Assembly: GCA_017532425.1 (NCBI GenBank)
Contig: JAFXJH010000019.1
Location: 1,029-65,028, forward strand
DNA: 64,000 nucleotides
Source of the DNA: Clostridia bacterium
GTDB taxonomy: Bacteria; Bacillota; Clostridia; Oscillospirales; CAG-272
Reading direction: 5' to 3'
The first letter of the stretch is position 1. Each line of letters opens with the position of its first letter. The notes beneath the pieces were generated by a model. The model was not told where the DNA came from and made no database searches. It was given only the letters and a program-made list of their open reading frames with translations. The position numbers were made by a program, and so were the translations under genes. Of this stretch, positions 43,923 through 54,868 are shown in pieces.

Positions 43923-44549
43923 ATGAGGGGGCTTATAATCAAGGATCTGTATATGGCAAAGAAATATTGCAGAAATTCGCTTATCTTAAACGTTATTTTT
44001 ATAGCGATATCCCTTGTGGGTAACTCGAATCTGTTTTTCATATTTTATCCGTGTATGATATGCGGAATGATCCCGATAACACTTCTTGCATATGATGAGA
44101 AAAGCAAATGGCTGCAGTACAGCGCGACTATGCCTTATACAAGAGCACAGATAGTCAGCGGAAAATATATTATCGGTCTTGTCGGTCAGGTCGCTATGAT
44201 AATAATCACGGGAGTGGCACAAGCAGTACGAATGAATGTGCAGGGAAGCTTTATTTTCAAGGAATATCTCGTTCTTATGATGCTTTTACTTATAATGTCA
44301 TTTGTTTCATCATCAATGTGTCTTCCATTTATGTTCAAGCTCGGTGTTGAAAAGGGAAGAGCGGCTTACTATGGTATGATAGGTCTTGTGTGCGCGGGAA
44401 GCGTGGTCTCGTCGGCCTATCTGCTCAAGGACGCGATCGAGACTCTTGAAATAAACAGCGTTTTGCCGATACTTTGCCTTGTTTCGATAGGAATATATGC
44501 TCTTTCGTGGTATCTGTCGATAGTATTTTATAAGAAAAGGGAATTGTAA
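43923..44549 (+). CDS. ABC-2 type transporter permease
   Basis: The MRGLIIKDLY N-terminus is typical of ABC-2 permeases in YtrA-type operons. Six hydrophobic segments. Confidence 0.75.
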   Translation: MRGLIIKDLYMAKKYCRNSLILNVIFIAISLVGNSNLFFIFYPCMICGMIPITLLAYDEKSKWLQYSATMPYTRAQIVSGKYIIGLVGQVAMIIITGVAQAVRMNVQGSFIFKEYLVLMMLLLIMSFVSSSMCLPFMFKLGVEKGRAAYYGMIGLVCAGSVVSSAYLLKDAIETLEINSVLPILCLVSIGIYALSWYLSIVFYKKREL

Positions 44550-44575
44550 TTTCGGGTTATAGGAGATAAGATAAA

Positions 44576-45232
44576 ATGATAGAAATTGACAGTTGGATAA
44601 ATGACTTTTTGAAGGTGCTGAAATATACTTTTGAAAATCGCATATGGTTTGTCGGACTTCAGGGAAGCTACGGACGCGGCGAAGCGACTGACGCAAGCGA
44701 TATCGATGTTGTAGTAATACTCAATGAGCTTTCGACTGCCGATATCAAAACGTATAGTGCTATGCTTGATACTTTGCCGCACAGAGAGTTTGTTTGCGGA
44801 TTTCTTTCGGGTAAAAATGAGCTTCTGAGCTGGGAACCCTCCGACCTGTTTCAGTTTTATTATGACACAACACCGATTGTAGGCAGTCTTGATGAACTTT
44901 TACTGATGATTAATAACGAGGCACTTGATAGGGCAGTAAAGATAGGTGTATGTAATATTTATCACGGATGTGTACATAATATGGTACACGAAAAGAGCGA
45001 GGATGTCCTGAAAGGACTGTATAAAGCGGCTTCCTTTGTCCTGCAGGCTACTACTTTTAAACAGACGGGAAGATATATAAAGCACCAAAGTGGACTGCTT
45101 AAAACACTTTCGGAAGAAGATAAGGTTATAATTGATACATTTTTGAGTTTGAAGAACGACCGAATGAAAGATTTTGATAAAATGTCAGAGATTCTCTTCA
45201 CTTGGACTAAAAAACAGATCGAAAAAATATGA
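44576..45232 (+). CDS. Pol-beta-fold nucleotidyltransferase (KNTase/ANT-like, with helical C-terminal domain)
   Basis: GLQGSYGRGEATDASDIDVVVIL carries the G-S..D-x-D motif. Confidence 0.7.
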   Translation: MIEIDSWINDFLKVLKYTFENRIWFVGLQGSYGRGEATDASDIDVVVILNELSTADIKTYSAMLDTLPHREFVCGFLSGKNELLSWEPSDLFQFYYDTTPIVGSLDELLLMINNEALDRAVKIGVCNIYHGCVHNMVHEKSEDVLKGLYKAASFVLQATTFKQTGRYIKHQSGLLKTLSEEDKVIIDTFLSLKNDRMKDFDKMSEILFTWTKKQIEKI

Positions 45233-45248
45233 TCTTATATAAAAAAAT

Positions 45249-45291
45249 AAACACAGGTATATCTTATAAACGGATATACCTGTGTTTGTTT
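45249..45291. terminator. Bidirectional terminator
   Basis: AAACACAGGTATATC, 9-nt loop, GATATACCTGTGTTT gives a 15-bp stem. Confidence 0.85.
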
Positions 45292-45305
45292 ATCAAGAAT
45301 ATTTA

Positions 45306-46529
45306 TTATTTTTCATACTTTACCGCATCAGCCATGATCCTAGCGAGAAGCGATGCTATCTTGTCCATATCGTTTGCCGAGATGAACTCAAATCTCGAAT
45401 GAAAATTGTTTCCGCCCGTACAAAGATTCGGGCAGGGAAGACCCATATAGGAAAGACGCGCGCCGTCTGTGCCCCCTCTTATCGGAACGGCGATCGGAGT
45501 GATGCCGAGCTCGGTCATAGCCTCTTTTGCGCGGTCGATGATGTACATGCAGGGCTCGATCATCTTCTTCATATTGTAGTAAGAATCGGCGATAGTTACC
45601 TTTACGGTGCCGTCTGTGTACTTTTGGTTCAGAATATCTGCGGCTTTTTCAAAATCCTGCTTCTTCTGCGCGAATTTTTCCTCATCGTGGTCGCGGATTA
45701 TATAGGTGAGAGTTGCCTTTTCGGTCTCTCCTGCGATGTCGATAAGATGATGGAAGCCCTCGTATCCTTCGGTGGTTTCGGGAAGCTCGTCAGCGGGAAG
45801 AAGAGCGTCGAATTCGCAGGCTACGTGAGAAGCGTTTATCATTTTTCCCTTGGCAGTGCCGGGGTGAATGGAAAGTCCGACTATCTCAACGAGCGCGGAT
45901 GCCGCGTTGAAGTTTTCGTATTCGATCTCTCCGAGAGCACCGCCGTCAACCGTGTAGGCGTAATCTGCGGCGAATCTTTCTACGTCGAAAAGGTCTGCGC
46001 CGCGTCCGATCTCCTCGTCGGGAGTAAATCCTATCTTGATATCTCCGTGAGGAATGTCGTTTTTGATAACGTACTCGACAGCGCTCATTATCTCGGCGAT
46101 TCCCGCCTTGTCGTCTGCGCCGAGCAGAGTAGTTCCGTCGGTTACGATGAGGTCGTGACCGATATAATTACTGAGATATGGATAATCGGCACCTCTCAGA
46201 TATATTCCCTTTTCCTCGTTAAGAAGAACGTCCTCACCGGTATATTTCACAAGTCTTGCCTTGATATTCTCGTCGGAGGCCGCAGAGGAAGTGTCCATAT
46301 GCGCGATAAATCCTATCGTCGGACAGCTCTTTTCGCAGTTTTTGGGAAGGGTCGCGTAAACGTATCCGTGACTATCCATAGAGGCATCGTCAAGTCCGAG
46401 CGCTTTAAGCTCACTTACAAGATATTCTCCGAGTATCTTCTGCTTTGCAGTAGATGGTACGGTTTCGGACGTCTCGTCTGACATAGTCGGAAAAGAAACG
46501 TATTTTAAAAATCTGTTGTAGGTTTCCAT
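45306..46529 (-). CDS. pepT: Peptidase T (M20B tripeptide aminopeptidase)
   Basis: Contains RFLKYVSFPTMSDE, IGFIAHMDTS, LLGADDKAGIAEI and FTPDEEIGRGA. Confidence 0.9.
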   Translation of the reverse strand: METYNRFLKYVSFPTMSDETSETVPSTAKQKILGEYLVSELKALGLDDASMDSHGYVYATLPKNCEKSCPTIGFIAHMDTSSAASDENIKARLVKYTGEDVLLNEEKGIYLRGADYPYLSNYIGHDLIVTDGTTLLGADDKAGIAEIMSAVEYVIKNDIPHGDIKIGFTPDEEIGRGADLFDVERFAADYAYTVDGGALGEIEYENFNAASALVEIVGLSIHPGTAKGKMINASHVACEFDALLPADELPETTEGYEGFHHLIDIAGETEKATLTYIIRDHDEEKFAQKKQDFEKAADILNQKYTDGTVKVTIADSYYNMKKMIEPCMYIIDRAKEAMTELGITPIAVPIRGGTDGARLSYMGLPCPNLCTGGNNFHSRFEFISANDMDKIASLLARIMADAVKYEK

Positions 46530-46552
46530 ATTAAAGTCCCTTTAAAATTCGT

Positions 46553-47548
46553 TTATTTGCGGATCTCGGTAAGCACGGCGTGTACGGCAAGTCTTCCGTC
46601 GTCGTTGAAGCCGTTTGTACACGTGCTGAGAGTGAGTATTTTGTCTTCGCCGTTAAACTTGAAGGTGTAGTTGTATACAGCCTTGAGCGATGATTTGTAC
46701 GCCTTTTTTGCCCATTCAACGAATTCGTTGTCGCTTGAAAAATGCATACGGGTATACGGATTGTACGTGCTCGTTTCGTAAGCGGAAAATACGGTATATA
46801 CGCGGATACCTTCGTCGGTATATATGTATATGTATCTGTTTGCTCTGAAGAATGATCCGCTCTTGAATTTTGCAAGCTGTGCGAACATTTCTCCCGAAGC
46901 CATATTGTGACCGTACAAGACTGTATTCTGGTCAGACCAGTCGCTCGCGTTTCTGTAGTCTGCGAAGATCGATCCCGATTTGAGATAGGTTCCCGTGATA
47001 GAATGGTTGAGGTAGTAATCGTTGTCCTCGGTCTGAACTATCGGATAATCTATTACCGTGCCGGGAATGGATATCCAGCCGATAACGTCGGGATTTGTTT
47101 CGCGAAGGCTTTTAAGCTTTGCGCGAAGGAGTATAAGCGTTTCGGATACCTCGTTGTCGGAAGGACCTACATCTATTTCAGGAATAGTCGGAGTACCGAA
47201 GATCTCGGTCGTGCCGCCGTGAAAGTTCTTGTTCGACTTCGAAACGGCGGGGTCGGTCATAAGAAGGATATCTCCCATATTGGTGGAAAGATTACTGTAT
47301 ATATCTCCTGCCTCCTTGTATCCGCGCATACTTGTAACGACCTCGGACACGCAAAGCAAAAGGATAGATATAAGCACTATCATAACGACCGTTTTGATCA
47401 TATAAGACGAGATCGGAGGAATTTTCCTGGGCAGCTTGGGAGCTATCTCGCTTGTTGACAGAGAAGTGAGCGAATCCATAAAAATATGATCGTTTTTTTC
47501 ACCGCCGTTCATAGTGCCGTTTTTTTCTTCGTTTTGAGAATTTTTCAA
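46553..47548 (-). CDS. srtB: Class B sortase with N-terminal TM anchor
   Basis: Contains YLNHS, NTVLYGHNM and LTLSTC, plus a late Arg (RLAVHAV). The TTG start follows GGAAAGGAGG. Confidence 0.8.
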   Translation of the reverse strand: MKNSQNEEKNGTMNGGEKNDHIFMDSLTSLSTSEIAPKLPRKIPPISSYMIKTVVMIVLISILLLCVSEVVTSMRGYKEAGDIYSNLSTNMGDILLMTDPAVSKSNKNFHGGTTEIFGTPTIPEIDVGPSDNEVSETLILLRAKLKSLRETNPDVIGWISIPGTVIDYPIVQTEDNDYYLNHSITGTYLKSGSIFADYRNASDWSDQNTVLYGHNMASGEMFAQLAKFKSGSFFRANRYIYIYTDEGIRVYTVFSAYETSTYNPYTRMHFSSDNEFVEWAKKAYKSSLKAVYNYTFKFNGEDKILTLSTCTNGFNDDGRLAVHAVLTEIRK

Positions 47549-47669
47549 GATAATATCCTCCTTTCCGTATATACAAATGTACTGTACGAGTATATTATAC
47601 GACTATTTATAGACATCTTCAATCCGTATTTATTAAATAAGTGTAAATTTCGTTTGAAAATAGCTTGTA

Positions 47670-50492
47670 TTATTTGGATAACAGCTTTTTGAGGTAATGA
47701 CCGGTGTAAGAGTCCTCGCACATAGCGACCTCCTCGGGAGTACCGGTCGCAACAATTCTGCCTCCTCTGTCGCCGCCCTCGGGTCCGAGGTCGATTATAT
47801 AATCGGCTGTCTTTATCATATCGAGATTGTGCTCGATAACAACGACCGTGTTGCCTGCATCGGCAAGGCGGCTGAGCATCGAGATAAGATTTTTAACGTC
47901 GGCAGAGTGCAGACCGGTGGTAGGCTCGTCGAGAATATATATCGTTCTTCCCGTGCTGCGCTTGGAGAGCTCGTCCGCAAGCTTGACACGCTGTGCTTCG
48001 CCTCCCGAAAGGGTGGTCGAGGACTGACCTATCTTGATATATCCGAGACCTACGTCGTAAAGCGTGCGCAGTCTGCGGTAAAGCTTGGGATGACTTTCAA
48101 AGAAATACATACCCTCCTCGACAGTCATATCAAGCACGTCGGCGATGCTCTTGCCCTTGTATTTTACCTCAAGCGTCTCACGGTTGTAGCGCTTTCCGTG
48201 ACATTCCTCGCAAACGACGTAAACGTCGGGCAAAAAGTGCATTTCAATGCACTTTACTCCGTCACCCTCGCACTTTTCACAGCGTCCGCCCTTTAAGTTA
48301 AATGAGAAGCGGTTTGACTTGTAGCCGCGCTGCTTTGCCTCGGGCAGGGATGCAAAGAGCTCTCTGATATCGGTGAAAAGCCCGACGTAGGTCGCGGGAT
48401 TGGAACGAGGTGTTCTTCCTATAGGACTTTGGTCGATGGATATTACCTTGTCAAGCTCCTCTACACCCTCGATGGCATCGTGCTTTCCGGGTGTAGTATA
48501 CGCTCTGTTGAGCGTGTGAGAGAGCGATTCCTTGAGTATCGAGTTTATAAGCGAGCTTTTTCCGCTTCCCGATACACCGGTAACGCAAACCATTTTGCCG
48601 AGAGGAATGGTGACGTCGATGTTTTTGAGATTGTTTTCGCGAGCACCCTTTATGGTGATGAATTTTCCGTTGCCCGCTCTGCGCACCTCGGGAATCTCTA
48701 TTTTTTGTCTTCCCGAAAGATACGCACCTGTGATAGATTCCTCGGAATTCTTGATATCTTCAGGAGTACCGCTTGCTACGACGTATCCGCCGTGAATACC
48801 AGCACCCGGTCCGATATCTACGATAAAGTCGGCGTTTTCCATAGTTTCCTCGTCGTGCTCGACAACGATGACAGTATTGCCGACGTCGCGCAGACGCTTG
48901 AGCGTTTCGATAAGCTTGGAGTTGTCGCGCTGATGCAGACCGATAGACGGCTCGTCAAGCACGTACATAACGCCGACAAGCGAGCTTCCTATCTGAGTTG
49001 CAAGACGTATTCTCTGTGCCTCTCCGCCCGAAAGCGTGCCCGAAGAGCGCGAAAGGGTGAGATAATCGAGTCCGACCGACACAAGGAAGGTAAGACGCGC
49101 GGTAATTTCTTTGATTATTTCCTTTGAGATTATTTTTTCGGTCTCGTCAAAGTCGATATTCTTTACAAATTCAAGAGCTTCGGAGATAGGCATAGAGCAG
49201 AATCCGAAAATGTTCTTGTTTCCGACGGTAACGCTGTTTATTTCATCGTTAAGACGTGAACCGCCGCATTTTTCACAGATAATGTCCTCGGTGAATTCTC
49301 CGTAATATTCCGAGCCCCACTGACGTATTCTGTTTTCAAGCATAGGGATAAGTCCGTCGAAGGTTATAGTCTGCTGAGAAACACGCTTGTCAAAAACTCT
49401 GCGTACCGTGTAAAGGTTGTCGTTGTCTCCGTAAAGAAGAACATTCATCGCCTCGTCCGAATATTTGTAGAGCGGGGTATCGAGAGTAAAGCCGTGCTTT
49501 TCGCCGACAGCGGCAAAAAGCGGTCCGTTCCAGGTGTCGTCGTCAAGACTCTTGAAGCCGTTGACCATTATTGCGCCCTGACGCAGAGACAGATTCTTAT
49601 TGGGCATGATCTTTGCCTGACTTATGACCGTTTTTACGCCGAGACCGGAGCATTCGGGACAAGCACCGAGAGGATTGTTGAATGAGAACATTCTCGGCTC
49701 AAGCTCGCCGAAGGATATTCCGTGCTCCTCGCAGGCAAAATTAAGCGAAAAGGAAAGTATCTTGTCTTCTTCGGAGGGCAGAAGTATCTCGAGGTCGCCT
49801 CCCGCGAGATTCAGCGCCGTTTCAACCGAGTCGGCAAGACGGGAGCGTATGTCGGGACGGATCACAAGACGGTCGATAACGATCTCGATGGTGTGCATCT
49901 TGTTTTTGTCGAGAATGATATCCTCGGAAAGGTCTCTGACCTCGCCGTTTATGCGTGCGCGCACGTATCCGAGCTTCTTGGCATCGTCAAGTATCTTTAT
50001 GTGCGTGCCCTTTTTTCTTCTTACCATAGGGGCGAGGACCATGAACTTTGTTCCCTCGGGCATAGAGGATATGCGGTCGAGGATTCCGTCGAGAGTCTGC
50101 TTGCGGATCTCTTTGCCGCATACGGGACAGTGCGGTACACCAACACGGGCATAAAGCAGACGAAGGTAATCGTATATTTCCGTTACCGTGCCGACAGTCG
50201 AGCGCGGGTTTTTAGAGGTCGTTTTCTGGTCTATTGAGATAGACGGCGACAGACCCTCGATGAGGTCGACGTCAGGCTTGTCTATCTGACCGAGAAACTG
50301 TCTTGCATATGACGAGAGCGATTCTACAAACTTGCGGTGTCCCTCTGCATAGAGCGTGTCAAATGCAAGCGAGGATTTTCCCGATCCCGAAAGTCCGGTG
50401 AAAACGATAAGCTTGTCTCTCGGAATGTCGAGCGATATATTTTTGAGGTTGTTTTCTCTTGCACCCCGTATTACTATCTTTTTGTTATCCAT
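47670..50492 (-). CDS. uvrA: Excinuclease ABC subunit A
   Basis: 940 aa. Contains [44 protein letters not shown], a second Walker [11 protein letters not shown], and zinc-finger Cys pairs. Confidence 0.97.
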   Translation of the reverse strand: MDNKKIVIRGARENNLKNISLDIPRDKLIVFTGLSGSGKSSLAFDTLYAEGHRKFVESLSSYARQFLGQIDKPDVDLIEGLSPSISIDQKTTSKNPRSTVGTVTEIYDYLRLLYARVGVPHCPVCGKEIRKQTLDGILDRISSMPEGTKFMVLAPMVRRKKGTHIKILDDAKKLGYVRARINGEVRDLSEDIILDKNKMHTIEIVIDRLVIRPDIRSRLADSVETALNLAGGDLEILLPSEEDKILSFSLNFACEEHGISFGELEPRMFSFNNPLGACPECSGLGVKTVISQAKIMPNKNLSLRQGAIMVNGFKSLDDDTWNGPLFAAVGEKHGFTLDTPLYKYSDEAMNVLLYGDNDNLYTVRRVFDKRVSQQTITFDGLIPMLENRIRQWGSEYYGEFTEDIICEKCGGSRLNDEINSVTVGNKNIFGFCSMPISEALEFVKNIDFDETEKIISKEIIKEITARLTFLVSVGLDYLTLSRSSGTLSGGEAQRIRLATQIGSSLVGVMYVLDEPSIGLHQRDNSKLIETLKRLRDVGNTVIVVEHDEETMENADFIVDIGPGAGIHGGYVVASGTPEDIKNSEESITGAYLSGRQKIEIPEVRRAGNGKFITIKGARENNLKNIDVTIPLGKMVCVTGVSGSGKSSLINSILKESLSHTLNRAYTTPGKHDAIEGVEELDKVISIDQSPIGRTPRSNPATYVGLFTDIRELFASLPEAKQRGYKSNRFSFNLKGGRCEKCEGDGVKCIEMHFLPDVYVVCEECHGKRYNRETLEVKYKGKSIADVLDMTVEEGMYFFESHPKLYRRLRTLYDVGLGYIKIGQSSTTLSGGEAQRVKLADELSKRSTGRTIYILDEPTTGLHSADVKNLISMLSRLADAGNTVVVIEHNLDMIKTADYIIDLGPEGGDRGGRIVATGTPEEVAMCEDSYTGHYLKKLLSK

Positions 50493-50534
50493 TTTTTAGT
50501 ATCCTTTTTTGTAAATATCTCATAGGTTAAGCGC

Positions 50535-52511
50535 TTACTGCTTTTCGAGTGCTCTTATGCGGTCGCGGTATACGGCGGCAGTTTCAAAGTCGAGCTTCGA
50601 AGCAGCCTCGCGCATAAGCTTTTCAAGCTCGGCAACAGAGTATTTTTCTCCGCTGTCCCGCTTTGACTTTTTCGTATCTGCACCACGCTTTGTCTGTGTG
50701 CGCGAATCTCCGAAGTCGATAAGCTCGCGAATGTCCTTTTTGATAGTCTTCGGAATTATTCCGTTTGCCTTGTTGTACGCGTCCTGTTTTTCGCGGCGGC
50801 GCTTGGTTTCGTCTATCGCAACGCGCATAGAACGCGTTATCTTGTCGGCGTACATTATGACCCTTCCGTCTGCGTTTCGCGCGGCACGTCCGATAGTCTG
50901 TATAAGAGAGGTCTCTCCGCGCAGAAATCCTTCCTTGTCGGCGTCAAGTATAGCGACAAGCGATACCTCGGGAATGTCGAGACCCTCGCGGAGCAGGTTT
51001 ACACCCACGAGCACGTCGAAAACACCGAGACGCAGATCGCGTATGATCTCTGTACGCTCGACCGTGTCGATGTTGTGGTGAATGTACTTTACCTTGATAA
51101 GATTCATAGTGAAATATTCGGTAAGGTCCTCTGCCATCTTCTTTGTAAGCGTGGTTACAAGGACGCGCTCGCCCTTTTCGGCTCTTATGCGTATCTCGCC
51201 CATAAGATCGTCTATCTGACCCTCGGCGGGGCGCACCTCTACCACGGGATCAAGAAGTCCGGTCGGTCTTACGAGCTGTTCAACGATTTGCTCGGACTGC
51301 CCCTTCTCATAATCGCTCGGAGTGGCTGAAACGTAGATCACCTGATTAAGCTTGTCGGCAAATTCGTCGAATTTCAGCGGTCTGTTGTCATACGCCGACG
51401 GCAGACGGAATCCATATTCGACAAGATTGGTCTTTCTCGCACGGTCGCCGCCACTCATTCCGTGAATCTGCGGTATGGAAACGTGAGATTCGTCTATGAA
51501 AAGCAGAAAATCCTTTGGAAAATAGTCAAGCAGAGTATAGGGCGTAGAGCCGGGCTCACGACCTGCGAAAATACGCGAATAGTTTTCGATACCCGAGCAG
51601 AATCCGACTTCGCGGAGCATCTCGAGATCGTATCTCGTGCGCTCCTCGATCCTCTGAGCCTCAATAAGCTTGTTCTGCGACTTGAAAAACTCAACGCGCT
51701 CTTCCATTTCTATCTCGATCTGCTTCAGCGCTCTTTCACGAGTTTCGTCCGAAACGGCGTAGTGCGTGGCGGGATAGATGGTAGTGTATCCGAGTGTGCG
51801 GATAAGCTCACCCGTTACTGTGTTTATTTCGCTGATACGGTCTATTTCGTCACCGAAAAACTCGACTCGCACCGCCTTTTTGTCACTTGCGGCAGGAAGC
51901 ACCTCGACAGTATCTCCGCGCACTCTGAATTTGTCACGCTCAAGACCGATATCGTTTCTTTCGTAATTCATTGAGATAAGCTTCGATATTAATTCCTCGC
52001 GCGACATCTCTGCACCTTGGCGAAGAGATATCATCTGCGAAAGATATTCTCTCGGGTCACCGAGCGAATATATGCAGGAAACGCTCGCGATTATTATGAC
52101 GTCGCGTCGCTCAAAAAGTGAGGTAGTCGCGCTGTGACGTAGGCGGTCTATCTCGTCGTTTACCGCGCTGTCCTTTTCAATGTATATATCCTTGCCCGGA
52201 ATGTAAGCCTCGGGCTGATAGTAGTCATAGTAGGAAACGAAGAACTCAACCGCATTTTCGGGGAAAAACTCACGGAATTCCGAGCAAAGCTGTGCGGCAA
52301 GAGTCTTGTTATGAGAAAGTATAAGTGTGGGCTTGTTTACGTTTGCGATAATATTCGCCATAGTAAAGGTCTTACCCGAGCCGGTAACGCCGAGAAGGGT
52401 CTGCTTTTTCATTCCCGCATTTACACCTGCGCTGAGAAGCTCGATAGCTTCGGGCTGGTCGCCGGTCGGCTTGAACGGTGAAACCAATTTGAATTTGTTC
52501 TGTTTTTCCAC
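50535..52511 (-). CDS. uvrB: Excinuclease ABC subunit B
   Basis: 658 aa. Contains [20 protein letters not shown] and a C-terminal UVR domain ([13 protein letters not shown]). The GTG start follows GAAAGGAAG. Confidence 0.97.
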   Translation of the reverse strand: MEKQNKFKLVSPFKPTGDQPEAIELLSAGVNAGMKKQTLLGVTGSGKTFTMANIIANVNKPTLILSHNKTLAAQLCSEFREFFPENAVEFFVSYYDYYQPEAYIPGKDIYIEKDSAVNDEIDRLRHSATTSLFERRDVIIIASVSCIYSLGDPREYLSQMISLRQGAEMSREELISKLISMNYERNDIGLERDKFRVRGDTVEVLPAASDKKAVRVEFFGDEIDRISEINTVTGELIRTLGYTTIYPATHYAVSDETRERALKQIEIEMEERVEFFKSQNKLIEAQRIEERTRYDLEMLREVGFCSGIENYSRIFAGREPGSTPYTLLDYFPKDFLLFIDESHVSIPQIHGMSGGDRARKTNLVEYGFRLPSAYDNRPLKFDEFADKLNQVIYVSATPSDYEKGQSEQIVEQLVRPTGLLDPVVEVRPAEGQIDDLMGEIRIRAEKGERVLVTTLTKKMAEDLTEYFTMNLIKVKYIHHNIDTVERTEIIRDLRLGVFDVLVGVNLLREGLDIPEVSLVAILDADKEGFLRGETSLIQTIGRAARNADGRVIMYADKITRSMRVAIDETKRRREKQDAYNKANGIIPKTIKKDIRELIDFGDSRTQTKRGADTKKSKRDSGEKYSVAELEKLMREAASKLDFETAAVYRDRIRALEKQ

Positions 52512-52607
52512 GTTGAAACTTCCTTTCTCATATATATTAACACGCGTTTCACGGTCGCGCGGAGCTGTGAAAAAACACAGAATCCGTGAAATTTGTCAAA
52601 CTATAAT

Positions 52608-52636
52608 ATTATATCACACATTTTTAAAAATTTAAA
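52608..52636 (-). promoter_or_regulatory. Candidate extended -10 promoter for uvrB
   Basis: On the minus strand: TTTAAA (52636-52631), 17-nt spacer, tgtgTGaTATAAT (-10 at 52613-52608). Confidence 0.4.
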
Positions 52637-52704
52637 TAGCAAAAGGTATTATTTTTTTATAAAAGAAGAGAATACTTGATTTTTTTATTATGTTTTAAAA
52701 ACTA

Positions 52705-52733
52705 TTGACTTTTATCGGTAAAAATGATATATT
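52705..52733 (+). promoter_or_regulatory. sigma-A type promoter of the nucleoside hydrolase gene
   Basis: TTGACT (52705-52710), 17-nt spacer, TATATT (52728-52733), with TGa upstream. The -10 box overlaps the ORF-track ATG at 52724, which argues for the downstream start. Confidence 0.55.
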
Positions 52734-52780
52734 CATTTTCAGAGAGAATATCTCGTAATACATATAGTGAGGTAATAACT

Positions 52781-53698
52781 ATGACAAGCGAACAGTTTAT
52801 GAAAAATCTCAACGTTCCCGAAGGAAAGGTGGACGTAATACTCGATACCGATGCTTATAACGAAATTGACGACCAGTTTGCAATAGCGTATATGCTTCGC
52901 TCGGATGATAAAATAAATGTAAAAGCAATATGTGCGGCTCCCTTTTTCAATGCACTTTCTACCTCTCCCGAGGACGGTATGGAAAAAAGCTATAACGAAA
53001 TACTTAAAATACTCAAATTCGCAGGACACGAGGAGCTTTGCGAAAACACTTACAGAGGAAGCCGCGGCTATCTCGTTGACGAAAAAACTCCTCAGCCCTC
53101 GGACGCGGCAAATAAGATAGTTGAGATAGCAAACGGATATACGGCTGAAAAGCCTCTGTACGTTGTAGCTATCGGAGCTATAACAAATGTGGCTTCCGCA
53201 CTTATTATGGATCCCTCGATCAAGGAAAAGATGGTAGTCGTATGGCTCGGCGGACACGCAACGAGCTGGATACATAACAGAGAATTCAATCTCTTCCAGG
53301 ATGTCGCGGCTGCAAGAATAATTTTCGGATGCGGCGTGCCCTTCGTACAGCTACCCTGTATGGGCGTTGTAAGCGAATTCAGAATAAGCCGCCCCGAGCT
53401 TGAATACTGGCTTGTTGATAAGAATCCGCTTGCAGATTATCTCGCAAGAAATACCATCAAAGCGGCAGAATCGTATGCGGCAGGCAAGCCCTGGACGCGC
53501 GTTATATGGGACGTTACCGCAGTTGCGTGGCTTCTCAACGATAAGAACAGATTTATGAACTCGGTAATAGAGCACGCGCCTATTCCCGAATACGACCATC
53601 AGTATGCAAAGAGAGCGGACCGTCATTTCTACCGCTACGTAAACGAAATAAAGAGAGATGCTCTTATGGAGGATCTTATCAAAAAGCTGCTTAAGTAA
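52781..53698 (+). CDS. Nucleoside hydrolase (IUNH family)
   Basis: VILDTDAYNEIDDQFAIAYML carries the DxDxxxDD motif. ATG at 52781 follows GTGAGGTA. Confidence 0.8.
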   Translation: MTSEQFMKNLNVPEGKVDVILDTDAYNEIDDQFAIAYMLRSDDKINVKAICAAPFFNALSTSPEDGMEKSYNEILKILKFAGHEELCENTYRGSRGYLVDEKTPQPSDAANKIVEIANGYTAEKPLYVVAIGAITNVASALIMDPSIKEKMVVVWLGGHATSWIHNREFNLFQDVAAARIIFGCGVPFVQLPCMGVVSEFRISRPELEYWLVDKNPLADYLARNTIKAAESYAAGKPWTRVIWDVTAVAWLLNDKNRFMNSVIEHAPIPEYDHQYAKRADRHFYRYVNEIKRDALMEDLIKKLLK

Positions 53699-53744
53699 GA
53701 TTTTTACCAAAACCGTGGATCACGGCTTGTGAAAGGAGATAACT

Positions 53745-54524
53745 ATGGGAAGAATGCTCGGAGCTTTCGATTCGGATAATGACAACGATCGTCCCGATCT
53801 TAATAAATGCCCCGATTGCGGATGCTTTTTCGCGCAGGACAACTGTCCTCTTTGCGGAAAGCTTTGCCCCGAGGAAATGAGAGCGGGCAACCGCAAGGCT
53901 GTAAAGGCAAAGAAAAAAAGAGGCGGATATTCTTCGGGCAGGGTGACCTTTGTCGAGTGGTATCACAGCTGGTGGTTTATCATTCTTATGATGCTCGTTA
54001 TGCCTATCGTGGGTATAATCCTGCTTATCACAAGTCCGCATAAAAAATCGCTCAAGATAGCCCTTATCGCGGTAGCCGTTCTTATAGCTATGCTTCCGAC
54101 GATACTGTTCGCAGTGTACGGCTTTTTGCTTAGTACCTTTGACAGTCCGATCGATACGTCAAAAAGCAGGGAAGAATATATCGAAGCGTGCCAAAGCGTG
54201 GACGCAGAGGAATATTACCGTATGGCGGATACTTATACGGGAAAATTCGTTTCGATAACCCTGAAGATCAAGGAAAAATTCACGGACGGCGATGCTTACA
54301 CGGGTGATAAGTACACTACGCATTACCTTTGCACGGATACGGACGGAAAAGAACTTCGCTTCATAATAAGAGACTGTATTCAGGACGGCTCGCAGAACTT
54401 TATCGCAGGCGACGTTATAACCGTTTACGGCGAGGGTGCGGGAAATTATTCGGTTTACGATGAAAATTACGATCTCCGTAGCGCTCCCGGAATCTTCGTG
54501 GCGTACGTTAAGATCGTGGAATGA
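53745..54524 (+). CDS. Zinc-ribbon membrane protein, unknown function
   Basis: N-terminal CPDCGCFFAQDNCPLCGKLCP, then two TM helices, then an ~130-aa extracytoplasmic domain. Confidence 0.6.
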   Translation: MGRMLGAFDSDNDNDRPDLNKCPDCGCFFAQDNCPLCGKLCPEEMRAGNRKAVKAKKKRGGYSSGRVTFVEWYHSWWFIILMMLVMPIVGIILLITSPHKKSLKIALIAVAVLIAMLPTILFAVYGFLLSTFDSPIDTSKSREEYIEACQSVDAEEYYRMADTYTGKFVSITLKIKEKFTDGDAYTGDKYTTHYLCTDTDGKELRFIIRDCIQDGSQNFIAGDVITVYGEGAGNYSVYDENYDLRSAPGIFVAYVKIVE

Positions 54525-54534
54525 ATTAAGTAAC

Positions 54535-54569
54535 AAAAAACTCTTGGAAACTGTCTTCCAAGAGTTTTT
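54535..54569. terminator. Rho-independent terminator
   Basis: AAAAAA-CTCTTGGAA, loop actgtc, TTCCAAGAG-TTTTT. Confidence 0.8.
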
Positions 54570-54573
54570 CTTT

Positions 54574-54866
54574 GTCGGAAACCCTTTTTTCAAAAAGGGT
54601 TTCCGACACCTTCCCAAAAACTTTACTGAAAAAGAAAGAAGAGACTTTTTTTAAGAAAAGTTTTTGGAGTTCCAAGAACCTTTTTTCAAAAAGCTCCTTT
54701 GCGTTTTTTGCAAAGTTTTTTGGGGAAGATAATCCCCTCTCACCTGCTTCGCAGGAGCTCTCCTGAAGGGAGAGCCTTCAAGTTTTTATTTTCAGCAAAG
54801 TTTTTGGAGTTCCAAGAACCTTTTTTCAAAAAGGTTCTTGGCAGGATCCAAGGACAGAGTCCTTGG
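54574..54866. repeat. Hairpin-module repeat cluster, locus A
   Basis: Perfect hairpins at 54574-54607 (16 bp), 54812-54841 (14 bp) and 54848-54866 (8 bp). An exact 37-nt repeat occurs at 54657-54693 and 54797-54833. Linkers at 54614-54633 and 54789-54807 are inverted copies of each other. Confidence 0.85.
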
Positions 54867-54868
54867 CG

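Noticed and set aside
52538-52549. LexA/Cheo-box-like sequence TAACACGCGTTT upstream of uvrB.
   Set aside because: It has two mismatches to GAAC-N4-GTTC. It lies about 25 nt from the start codon, well downstream of the only plausible promoter (-10 at 52613-52608). I cannot distinguish it from chance without a genome-wide motif model.
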